Virus record (IMG/VR): IMGVR_UViG_3300033150_001117
Direction: 5' to 3' (one strand)
From: an uncultured virus (IMG/VR IMGVR_UViG_3300033150_001117)
Lineage: Duplodnaviria; Heunggongvirae; Uroviricota; Caudoviricetes
Length of the DNA: 64,000 bases
The stretch's first letter is position 1. Each line of letters begins with the position of its first letter. This document shows, piece after piece, positions 56,384 through 64,000 of the stretch. A program made the position numbers and the translations under genes. The notes under the pieces were generated by a model. It did not search any database, was not told the origin of the DNA, and saw only the letters and a list, made by a program, of their open reading frames with translations.

Positions 56384-57345
56384 TGGCACGGGTCCTGATC
56401 GTGTGCGATGTCTTTTGGTGGGCGCAGCATCGCCATGCTCTGGGCGTGCAGAAATACGCTCCCGACTGGTGCGAGGTCGAGGTAACGGACCTCTCGGGAT
56501 ACAACGCTTGCACGCCGGATCGGTTGGCCGGATTCGACGTGGTGCACGTACTCTACCTCGCTTCGGCGGCAAGGCGGCCGGGGATTCGCCGGCTGACAAG
56601 CATGCTGGCCTCGCATGCTTGGATGCACGCCGAGTTGAAGCAGAACGACTGGCGAACCCGCGGCGTTACACAGGGGCGATGCTTAGCCGTGGCGAAGGAG
56701 GTGCTGGCCGGGCTCGACGCAGTCGTGGCCAGGAACGGCGAGTTGGAACAGTTCGGCCGGAAGTTCAGGCCGAACACGCGATTCATTCCTGTAGGCGTAG
56801 ACCTGGAATTATTCAAGCCGGCGGAGTCAGAACGCGCCGGAAAGCTCCGGGTCGGTTGGTGCGGCCAGACCGGCGGCAAGACCTCGTTCAAGGGCCACGC
56901 CGAAGTCCTGGCGCCGCTTGCAAAGCGGCTCGGCGACAAGTACGACTTCATCACAAATACGTCGGACGCAAAGCACGCAAGGGACGTTGCGGCGATGGCG
57001 GAATGGTACCGGGGGCTGGACGTGTTCGTATCGACCTCGTGCGCCGAGGGCACGCCCAACCCGCCATTCGAGGCGGCGGCCTGCGGCGTGCCCGTGATCT
57101 CGACAAGCGTCGGACTCGTTCGCCATTGGAGCCGGCTTTCTACGCTGGGTTTGCAGGTCCCTGACTACTACAACCAGGCCGGGGCCGATCGCGTCGTGGG
57201 CGCGATCGCGTCACTACTCCAATGGTTGGATACCCAGCCCCAGTACCGGCTGTATTGTGGCAAAGAATTGGCAAGCTCTGTCAAGGCTCACTTCAACTAC
57301 AGGACGCTCGCACCGAGGCTGCTGGAGTATCTTTGTCATGGCTAG
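56380..57345 (+). CDS. glycosyltransferase family 4
   Basis: EGTPNPPFEAAACGVPVISTSVG. Confidence 0.88.
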   Translation: MMARVLIVCDVFWWAQHRHALGVQKYAPDWCEVEVTDLSGYNACTPDRLAGFDVVHVLYLASAARRPGIRRLTSMLASHAWMHAELKQNDWRTRGVTQGRCLAVAKEVLAGLDAVVARNGELEQFGRKFRPNTRFIPVGVDLELFKPAESERAGKLRVGWCGQTGGKTSFKGHAEVLAPLAKRLGDKYDFITNTSDAKHARDVAAMAEWYRGLDVFVSTSCAEGTPNPPFEAAACGVPVISTSVGLVRHWSRLSTLGLQVPDYYNQAGADRVVGAIASLLQWLDTQPQYRLYCGKELASSVKAHFNYRTLAPRLLEYLCHG

Positions 57346-58333
57346 GATCCTCTTGGTACACCCGGACATCGATTGGTGCTTCAAGTGGATGGCTGGGGAG
57401 ATTAGCTTATACGCAGGCCCCGACAATTACGTGTTTGCCATGGGGCAGGCCGACTTCGAGGCCGTCGCCAAGTATGCGGGCCCGAAGGCCCTGGGCAGGC
57501 TCGACGCGGCGTTCCACTTCTCGCTGAGTTCGGCGTCGATCCTGCGGCGGGTGAACGCGGAGCGGTACGGCTCGCTGATAGCCAACGAGGGATGGTGCTA
57601 CGACGAGTTCAACCCCGGCGATTGGCGGACCAACGCGACGGCGTCTGAACGCAACGCGATTGTCGGGAAGGATGTCTCGGCCGGCCTGGACTCGCTGATC
57701 TGCCTGACCTCGCGGATACACCGAACTGCCGTGGAGTGGAACGAGCGCTCGGTCTGCATCCCGCAAGGGATCGACACGCGGGTGTGGTACCCGCCTGCGA
57801 AGAAACGGGAGAACTTGAGGCTCAAGAAGCTGCGGATCGGCTGGTGCGGTGACAAGTCGGGCGACAGATCGTTCAAGGGCTACGATGAGCTGCTGGTGCC
57901 GCTGAAGGAGCGAATCAAGCACGGCGTGACGTGGGACGTGAACGACCGGGACTACACCAGCGCCAAGACGCGGGCGGAGATGCGTGCCTGGTACGGCAGC
58001 CTCGACCTGTTCGTGTGCACGGCGATCAACGAGGGTGGGCCGTACCCGCCTTTCGAGGCGGCCGCCTGCGGTTGCCCGGTAGTCAGCACGGACGTCGGCA
58101 TGGTCGCCGGCTGGACGCAGGCCCGCGAGCTGGACTTGATCGCCAAGCCCTGCATGAACGAGAGGACGGCCAAGGTCACGCTGGACGAGCTGGAGGCGCG
58201 GATCGTGAGGCTGCGCGACGATCCGGTGCGGCGGGAGAAAGCAGGCAACTGCCTGCGGAACTCCGTGATCGAGCATTACAACTGGGAAAGACTGGCCCCG
58301 AGATGGCTGGAGGCGATGTGTGGTGATGGATAG
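57338..58333 (+). CDS. glycosyltransferase family 4
   Basis: EGGPYPPFEAAACGCPVVSTDVG. Confidence 0.88.
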   Translation: MARILLVHPDIDWCFKWMAGEISLYAGPDNYVFAMGQADFEAVAKYAGPKALGRLDAAFHFSLSSASILRRVNAERYGSLIANEGWCYDEFNPGDWRTNATASERNAIVGKDVSAGLDSLICLTSRIHRTAVEWNERSVCIPQGIDTRVWYPPAKKRENLRLKKLRIGWCGDKSGDRSFKGYDELLVPLKERIKHGVTWDVNDRDYTSAKTRAEMRAWYGSLDLFVCTAINEGGPYPPFEAAACGCPVVSTDVGMVAGWTQARELDLIAKPCMNERTAKVTLDELEARIVRLRDDPVRREKAGNCLRNSVIEHYNWERLAPRWLEAMCGDG

Positions 58334-59111
58334 CCAGTCTCCCTGCCGCCAAGCAGAAGATCAGAATTGCCTCGCCTATTGGTTTCCAGTGGTACAGGCC
58401 GCGGGCCTGCCCGTGCCGGAAACGCTTATTGTTTGGCCCGAGTCGGATCTTACGCCGCTGGTCGACGGGAAGGGCGTCTCTGGGTTCGGTCGATTCGTAA
58501 AGGACCTCTCGGGGGCTGCCAAGGCGATCGGCTACCCCGTCTTTTTGCGGACGGGATGGGGTTCGGGCAAGCACGATTGGCTGGATACCTGTTACGTTAC
58601 CCGAGAGGCGGACTTGGCGCAGCACGTCTGCAATCTCGTGGAGTGGTCGGCATGTGCAGGTGTTATGGGGTTGCCGACCGACGTGTGGGCTGTGCGTGAG
58701 ATGCTGCCCACGGAGCCTTTCTTTACGGCCTTCCGCGGGATGCCGATCTGCCGGGAGTTCCGGGTGTTCGTTGACGGCCCCGAGGTCGTCTGCATGCATG
58801 CTTATTGGCCACGAGGTGCATTGGTCGAGGGATTCCCGATGGAGCCGGGGGCAGACCGGAAAGGTACAGCGAGAGGAGTGCCGGACGGGTTCGATCAGGC
58901 GTACAAGTCGTTGTGCGGCCTGTGTACCGCGGAGCGGGATGACATACTCGAGATTGCGTCATGTGCCGGCCGGGCCGTCGGCGGTGCCTGGTCCGTCGAT
59001 GTGCTGGACACAAGGCGCGGCTGGTACTTGACTGACATGGCCGAGGCGTCGCGATCCTTTCACTGGGATGGGTGCCCGCAGGCCGGACGTTTTTGCTGCC
59101 CAGCGACTTGA
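58326..59111 (+). CDS. ATP-grasp fold protein
   Basis: GLPVPET, GYPVFLR..SGKH, EFRVFV, WSVDV..WYLTDM. Confidence 0.7.
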   Translation: MDSQSPCRQAEDQNCLAYWFPVVQAAGLPVPETLIVWPESDLTPLVDGKGVSGFGRFVKDLSGAAKAIGYPVFLRTGWGSGKHDWLDTCYVTREADLAQHVCNLVEWSACAGVMGLPTDVWAVREMLPTEPFFTAFRGMPICREFRVFVDGPEVVCMHAYWPRGALVEGFPMEPGADRKGTARGVPDGFDQAYKSLCGLCTAERDDILEIASCAGRAVGGAWSVDVLDTRRGWYLTDMAEASRSFHWDGCPQAGRFCCPAT

Positions 59112-59126
59112 ACGGGAGCTGCCAAG

Positions 59127-59801
59127 ATGATAATCCCAGCGAGCTGTAGGTCAATGATGGCCAGGCAGGTGACCCAATACCCGGCCGACTTCGACTCGCC
59201 GGCCAAGCTGGCGGAGTCCGAGCGGGCCCTGTACTGCCCCTGGCTGCCGAGCGCGCCGACGGCGATCCTCGATCTTGGCGGCGGGCTGGGGAGAACGAGC
59301 GTCGCGCTTCACGAGTGGTACGGCTCGCCGAACATCTGCTACAACGTCGCCGACGGGGACCTGCTGAGCGAAGGCGAGTTCACCGGCGGATGGAAACCAC
59401 GGCAACAAGAGTGGTGCAACGACCTCCTCCTGACGCGGAAATTCTTGGAGGCGAACGGCTTGCGGGCGAGCCAGATCTTCGTCCGGGACCTGACGGGGCC
59501 GGACGACTGCTTTGAGCATATGCTGCCAGTGGACCTGGTGATCAGCACGCTTGCCGTCGGCTTCCACTGGCCGATCGAGCCGTGGCTGCCGCGGCTGGAG
59601 GGAGTGATCTGCGAAGGCACGAGGCTGATCTTCGGAGTCCGCCGCGGCAAGTACGGCCCCGGTACGCGGTTCGACGGATTCGAGACGCTGGGCTTCGCGG
59701 AGTCCGGCTGGAAAGAGGACTTCCTGGCGTTAAAGCCCAGAGCAAGCAGGCAACGGGTAAATAGGCCGGCGATGATCCGCGTCCTCGTGGCGAAAGTATA
59801 G
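59127..59801 (+). CDS. class I SAM methyltransferase
   Basis: ILDLGGGLG, DLVISTLAVGFHWP. Confidence 0.75.
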   Translation: MIIPASCRSMMARQVTQYPADFDSPAKLAESERALYCPWLPSAPTAILDLGGGLGRTSVALHEWYGSPNICYNVADGDLLSEGEFTGGWKPRQQEWCNDLLLTRKFLEANGLRASQIFVRDLTGPDDCFEHMLPVDLVISTLAVGFHWPIEPWLPRLEGVICEGTRLIFGVRRGKYGPGTRFDGFETLGFAESGWKEDFLALKPRASRQRVNRPAMIRVLVAKV

Positions 59802-60010
59802 GCGGGTCACTTAATGTGCTATCCTCAGAGAAGCTGGAGACACGTCTAATTCGCGGGGGCAACATGATCCGTTGCTGTTTCCGGGTATAATGAAGGATGT
59901 GAGCCGCAAGGAATTGACAGTGAACCTACGGTCATTTCGGCAGTTCCTTGAGCAACGGGGGCAGTTCAACCGCGGGTAACGTTGAACCAGCCAAGACAGG
60001 AGGAAAACGG

Positions 60011-60268
60011 ATGAACGTGAACCTTCAAGAAAAACGATTATTGCTGGCAGCCGTGGTAACTCACGGCTTGGTCTCACAAAGCACATGGGGAGCCCCTGCC
60101 TACGGACCGGCTTTGGGACAGGACTGCTACGATCGTACTGCCGAAATTGCATTGGCGCAAGCTGACGCAATTATCGCCAAGGCCAGTGAGACAGCCGGTA
60201 GCGGCAGAACTGACGCGGCGCGGGCGTTCCTTGAAGAGCGAGGACAACTCAATCATGGGCAACAATAA
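60011..60268 (+). CDS. small hypothetical protein
   Basis: GGAGG RBS; A..A..QADAII phage motif. Confidence 0.5.
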   Translation: MNVNLQEKRLLLAAVVTHGLVSQSTWGAPAYGPALGQDCYDRTAEIALAQADAIIAKASETAGSGRTDAARAFLEERGQLNHGQQ

Positions 60269-60506
60269 GCAGCCACAAGATATTTCCGCAGATCGATTGG
60301 CTTGCGCCTTGAAACGCAGGCTTAACGTGTGGACTGAAACCGACGATCGTATCCTCGGAGCAACTAAGGGGACGTGGCTGCGGGCGTGCGTCGAAGTCCG
60401 GCTGGCGCTAGAGGACGTGTGGAGGGCAATTCGCAATGGATTCCAAGAGACCGCCATCAAATTGGGCGAATGGCTCCTGTCGATTTGGCGGCGAAACAGA
60501 CGGTGA
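60255..60506 (+). CDS. small hypothetical protein
   Basis: ATG within degenerate repeat after GAGGA. Confidence 0.45.
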   Translation: MGNNKQPQDISADRLACALKRRLNVWTETDDRILGATKGTWLRACVEVRLALEDVWRAIRNGFQETAIKLGEWLLSIWRRNRR

Positions 60507-60541
60507 GTTCCAGGCGTTCCTTGAGGTGAAAGAACAGATCA

Positions 60542-60949
60542 ATGCCGGATAGAAAACCGAAGTTTCAAGTCGGTGACCTTGTTCGGCACCGAGCCAGCAA
60601 GGAGGTCGCCCTGGTCGTTGAGAGTCAGGAAGGCTGCACGACGCGGCACAAGCCGTACCAGTTCTTTTGCGGCCCCGACTGTAAACGCGGGTTCTGCGGC
60701 CGCTACATTTTGACCCGCACCTTCGGCGACGAGTTCGTTGCAGACGAGGGGTGCTTGGAATTGGTGACGAGGTTTCCGGCTCCTAACCGCGCCATCACGA
60801 AGCCGGAACCGCCGCCCAACCGCGACACTACGGAGGGGAAGGTTCCGGTCGAGGCCAAAGTGCCATCGCCGAGATTAGCGGACGGTCCGCTCTATGCGCC
60901 ACCGAACTCGGCGCCCCCGCCGGCTCCGCCACCACCCGATTCACGGTAG
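60542..60949 (+). CDS. hypothetical protein (SH3/KOW-like N-terminus, Pro-rich tail)
   Basis: KFQVGDLVRH. Confidence 0.5.
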   Translation: MPDRKPKFQVGDLVRHRASKEVALVVESQEGCTTRHKPYQFFCGPDCKRGFCGRYILTRTFGDEFVADEGCLELVTRFPAPNRAITKPEPPPNRDTTEGKVPVEAKVPSPRLADGPLYAPPNSAPPPAPPPPDSR

Positions 60950-61006
60950 AGAATCCCGGCACGCGCACACAGTGGCAATGTTCGTTGAAAAACTGAGGAA
61001 GGCGCC

Positions 61007-62020
61007 ATGAAGGTTCTCTGCCTGGTTCCCCGGCCGCTCTGGTCAGCGAGGCTGTCCGCCAGCCGGCGGCACGACGTGAAGGCGCTGGGGCGGCGGCACG
61101 ACGTGACACTCAAGATGTCCGGCTACGGCTGGCCGGACTGGCGGCAAGCTGACACCGCCCTGGCAAACGTGCAGCGGATCATGCCGGACGCGGACTGCGT
61201 CTATACTTACAAGCTCGCAGGCAATCCGCGAAAGGGCGTGCCCGCGGCGAACGATCCCGCCGGCATAGCGGATCAATATCTCGCCGTCCAGAAGTGGCAG
61301 GAAGCCTGGTGGGCGGGAACCGGGCCGAACGATCCCGAGCCGGCGTGGAAACAGGCAGTGGCAGAGCGGATCGGGCTGGCAATCCTCTCCCACGCCAACG
61401 ACGTTCCCCGGATGACGGAGGCGGCGAAGCGGGGAGTAACCGTCGCGGTGATCCCCCACGGGGCAGAGCCCGAGGTGTTCGCTCACGCGGCGCAGGGCTG
61501 GCCGGGGCGCAAGATCGACGTGTTGTTGACCGGATCCATCGGCCCGAACCACTACCCGTTACGGACCCGCTGGAAGGCTCTCATGGACGCCGGTCGCCTG
61601 CCTGGCAAGTGCTGCCTGCATGCCCACCCCGGTTATTGGTTCAACGGCGAGGCCCAGGCGGAGGCCAAAGTGCGGGACTACGCGGCCAACCTGGGCAAGT
61701 CGAAGATCATCCTTGGCTGCTCCAGCCGCTGGCGGTACCCGCTGGCCAGGTTCGCCGAGGCGGCCATGGCCGGCGCGGTACACGTGTCCGACATGCCCGA
61801 GCGGCCGCCTGAGGGCTATGAGGACTTCATCGTGCCGGTCAAGGCGGACTGGCCGGACGAGCGGCTGATCCGGACCGTGGCCGACCTGTTGGCGGACGAG
61901 GCCAGGCTGAGGGCGATGGGCGAGCGGGCGCAGGCCACGGCTCGGCGGTCATTCACTTGGGACATTTGGGCCGAGCGGTTCGTGGACGCGGTGAAGCAAA
62001 CCTTGGAGGCAAGACGGTGA
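61007..62020 (+). CDS. glycosyltransferase (Glyco_trans_1_2-like)
   Basis: IDVLLTG..YPLR, YA.NL.KSKI, FAEAAMAG, FTW..WA. Confidence 0.8.
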   Translation: MKVLCLVPRPLWSARLSASRRHDVKALGRRHDVTLKMSGYGWPDWRQADTALANVQRIMPDADCVYTYKLAGNPRKGVPAANDPAGIADQYLAVQKWQEAWWAGTGPNDPEPAWKQAVAERIGLAILSHANDVPRMTEAAKRGVTVAVIPHGAEPEVFAHAAQGWPGRKIDVLLTGSIGPNHYPLRTRWKALMDAGRLPGKCCLHAHPGYWFNGEAQAEAKVRDYAANLGKSKIILGCSSRWRYPLARFAEAAMAGAVHVSDMPERPPEGYEDFIVPVKADWPDERLIRTVADLLADEARLRAMGERAQATARRSFTWDIWAERFVDAVKQTLEARR

Positions 62021-62961
62021 GAATCCTATATTTGACCTCTAAGTTTTTGTGGGATCGCAAGAGCGACCGCGGCCGGGTCCACCACGTCGAGGCCGTCGCC
62101 AGACAGCCGGGAATCGATCTGCGGTTGCAGTGCGGCGCGCCGGGCTGGCCGCCTCCTCCGCCGGATTGGCGAGCCGACTTGCTGTGGGTATACGACCCGC
62201 CACGGAAAGATCGCGGATGGCAGTTCTCCATTACCGGACTTCGGGACCGCCCTGAGCCGCGAATTCTTTTGTTCTACGATGCATATGAGAGGCCCAAAGT
62301 GCGGGCCGAAATCGACTCGTGTGACCCCGCGCTGGTGATCTTCGCCCAAGAGAGCGATGAGCGGAACTGGCGGGCCGAGCTGGAGGCTGAAGGCCGAACG
62401 GTGGCGAGGATCCCCAACTGTGCCCACAAAGCAGTGTTCTACCGCGAGGGCGACTGGCAGCGGCCGATCGACTGCCTGCTGACCGGGGCCAGAAATCCGG
62501 ACGTCTATCCGCTGCGCGAGAGGTTCGCCCGACTTGTCAACGACGGGAAGTTGCCCGGAGAGGTCCGTCCCTTCCCCGGCCACCGCAGGAAGAGCATCGA
62601 AGACGCGAGGGTCCAGTTTGCCGACTACGCTGCTCACCTTCGCGTCGCCAAGGTTGCTCTGCTGGACGGCTCCATTCACAGACTCGCTCTTCAGAAGTAC
62701 ATGGAGGCCGCGGCCGCGGGCTGCGTGATGGCAGGCGAGATGCCGGACGATCGGTTGTTCCGGGACACGCTCGGCAAAGCGTTGGTCGAAATCGACAGCA
62801 GCATGAGCGACGAGCGGATCGCGGTCGTCATTAAGGATCTGCTCGTTCAGCCGGCAGAGATGAAGCGGCGTAGCCAGATCGGCTCCGACCAGTACCTTGC
62901 CGGCTTCACGATGGAGCACTGGGCCCGTCGTTTTCTGGATGCTGCCGGCCGAGTCGCTTGA
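62017..62961 (+). CDS. glycosyltransferase (Glyco_trans_1_2-like)
   Basis: IDCLLTG..YPLR, KYMEAAAAG, FT.EHWA. Confidence 0.8.
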   Translation: MRILYLTSKFLWDRKSDRGRVHHVEAVARQPGIDLRLQCGAPGWPPPPPDWRADLLWVYDPPRKDRGWQFSITGLRDRPEPRILLFYDAYERPKVRAEIDSCDPALVIFAQESDERNWRAELEAEGRTVARIPNCAHKAVFYREGDWQRPIDCLLTGARNPDVYPLRERFARLVNDGKLPGEVRPFPGHRRKSIEDARVQFADYAAHLRVAKVALLDGSIHRLALQKYMEAAAAGCVMAGEMPDDRLFRDTLGKALVEIDSSMSDERIAVVIKDLLVQPAEMKRRSQIGSDQYLAGFTMEHWARRFLDAAGRVA

Positions 62962-62970
62962 GTGTTCGCC

Positions 62971-63396
62971 TTAGAACACGTCCGGCAGCTCTTCGCCGAT
63001 GAACACAGCCTCCGGACCCTCCCAGTCGTTGACCCGTTCACTGCACTTGTCGACGGCCTCCTGAGCGCTGCTTGCTCTCGTGGTCGCGTGGTGGCGAAGA
63101 CCAGTGACCCGCCAGTAGCCGTGCTTGCCGTTGTCCGGGTGATTGGCCAGCCGCTCCCGCCGCTTCTCGTCAGCCGCCTGGAAGCAAGGCCGCAGGGCGG
63201 CTGCGAGTTCGTCGAAAGGCGGGACGGCGTCCCTCCTGGCTTTACAGCCGGGGTTCGCAGCAAGGTGTTTCTCGTGCATGGCCTTGATTGCGTTGTAGCT
63301 GTCCATGAATCCCCCGCCGGGGATCTGGTGGTCGAACAGTTCGTCGCAATAGGGACAGGCACTTAGGACGTGGTTGCCGACTTGGGCGATTTCCAT
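62971..63396 (-). CDS. hypothetical phage protein
   Basis: GGGAG RBS; CPYC..H..H; convergent with glyco locus. Confidence 0.55.
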   Translation of the reverse strand: MEIAQVGNHVLSACPYCDELFDHQIPGGGFMDSYNAIKAMHEKHLAANPGCKARRDAVPPFDELAAALRPCFQAADEKRRERLANHPDNGKHGYWRVTGLRHHATTRASSAQEAVDKCSERVNDWEGPEAVFIGEELPDVF

Positions 63397-63500
63397 GATC
63401 GTTCTCCCCGTGTGTCCTGGAGATCGCGGGTGTACCGTTTGACGTGCTTGGCCATCCTCGGCTCGCGTTTCACGAACGCCAGCACCTCCACGCGGTTGAA

Positions 63501-63689
63501 CTAGGCATCATCTTGCCACGTTCGCGACCGCCACCGCGACCGCGACCCCGACCCGGAGCCCGACCGCGACCCGGAGCCACACCGCGAGCCAGACCGCGAC
63601 CAAAACCCCGACCCCGACCACGAGCGTGACCACGACCCCGAGCCCGACCGCGACTGCAGGCGTGATCTCTTATTCGCAGGCATCAGCAT
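63501..63689 (-). CDS. Ser/Arg/Gly/Trp dipeptide-repeat micro-protein
   Basis: MLMPANKRSR followed by (S-X)n. Confidence 0.55.
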   Translation of the reverse strand: MLMPANKRSRLQSRSGSGSWSRSWSGSGFWSRSGSRCGSGSRSGSGSGSRSRWRSRTWQDDA

Positions 63690-63950
63690 ATCACCCCCCC
63701 CACGCCTCAGACCGCGACCACGAGCGCGAGCGCGACCCCGAGCGCGACCCAGACCACGACCGCGACCGTGACCACGCTCGCGAGCGCGACCCCGACCGCG
63801 AGCCAGACCACGACCCAGACCCAGACCCCGAGCCTGACCACGACCACAACCCCGAGCCTGACCACGACCCGGACGACAGCCACATCCGCGGGCGTGATCT
63901 CTTATTCGCAGGTGTCAGCATATCGCCCCCCCCCACGCCTCAGACCGCGA
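63659..63950. repeat. about 59-bp junction repeat (63659-63717, 63891-63950) separating hexamer arrays
   Basis: ggcgtgatctcttattcgcagg..tcagcatatc.(C8/C9)acgcctcagaccgcga. Confidence 0.9.
63691..63921 (-). CDS. Ser/Arg/Gly/Trp dipeptide-repeat micro-protein (paralogue)
   Basis: MLTPANKRSR, (S-X)n, SEAWGG. Confidence 0.55.
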   Translation of the reverse strand: MLTPANKRSRPRMWLSSGSWSGSGLWSWSGSGSGSGSWSGSRSGSRSRAWSRSRSWSGSRSGSRSRSWSRSEAWGG

Positions 63951-64000
63951 GCCAGAGCCAGACCGTGGCCCCGACCGCGACTCGGACCACGTCCGCGACC

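Noticed and set aside
42665..62961. Gtr-type seroconversion cassette or host O-antigen locus
   Set aside because: No multi-TM flippase, polymerase or GtrA seen; interleaved with phage-type genes; not fully excluded without a TM scan
42665..62961. DNA hypermodification (glycosyl-hmC) pathway
   Set aside because: No TET/JBP dioxygenase, hydroxymethylase or DNA polymerase recognised in the window; remains an alternative if encoded elsewhere
62962..63366. Plus-strand 134-aa ORF
   Set aside because: Shadow of 62971-63396(-), which has an RBS and more protein-like composition
63520..64000. CRISPR array
   Set aside because: Repeats are about 59 bp separated by about 170 bp of low-complexity hexamers; no unique spacers and no cas genes
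1..64000. Integrase, att sites, repressor, endolysin or IS elements
   Set aside because: No recognisable motifs in this window; prophage vs free phage cannot be decided

Overview
GC-rich tailed-phage or prophage segment (siphovirus-like, HK97-type head) with almost all genes on the + strand; a convergent - strand arm begins at about 62.97 kb. A Planctomycetota-like host is inferred, not shown. Layout: (1) 1-14 kb: small accessory ORFs, a DUF1257/DUF2997-like trio, HNH and DUF559-like nucleases, a Toprim primase and three DNA methyltransferases. One is a C5-MTase whose ORF fully contains, in the +1 frame, a putative motif-IX subunit and an HNH gene. (2) 14-24.4 kb: TerS, a fourth MTase, TerL, a portal/MuF-like fusion, prohead protease and major capsid protein. 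(3) 24.5-34.6 kb: a glycosyltransferase right after the capsid gene, signal-peptide-bearing beta-helix and hydrolase-like proteins, and fibre-like proteins. (4) 34.6-42.7 kb: head-tail connectors, tail tube, tail chaperone with a -1 frameshift, tape measure and tail tip. (5) 42.7-63 kb: a roughly 20 kb glycan biosynthesis locus with about 10 apparently soluble glycosyltransferases, Gmd, DegT aminotransferase, acetyltransferase, ACP, ATP-grasp, methyl- and sulfotransferase-like genes, a Dam-like MTase and a tail-tube paralogue, but no recognisable flippase or polymerase. This locus is the main candidate novel system, most plausibly phage-encoded virion glycosylation. Other signals: dispersed GG(A/G)GTCA heptamer arrays, direct repeats bracketing single genes, a tRNA-like fold, a likely antisense sRNA and tandem Ser/Arg-repeat micro-genes. 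All product calls come from motif recognition by eye; no database searches were run.
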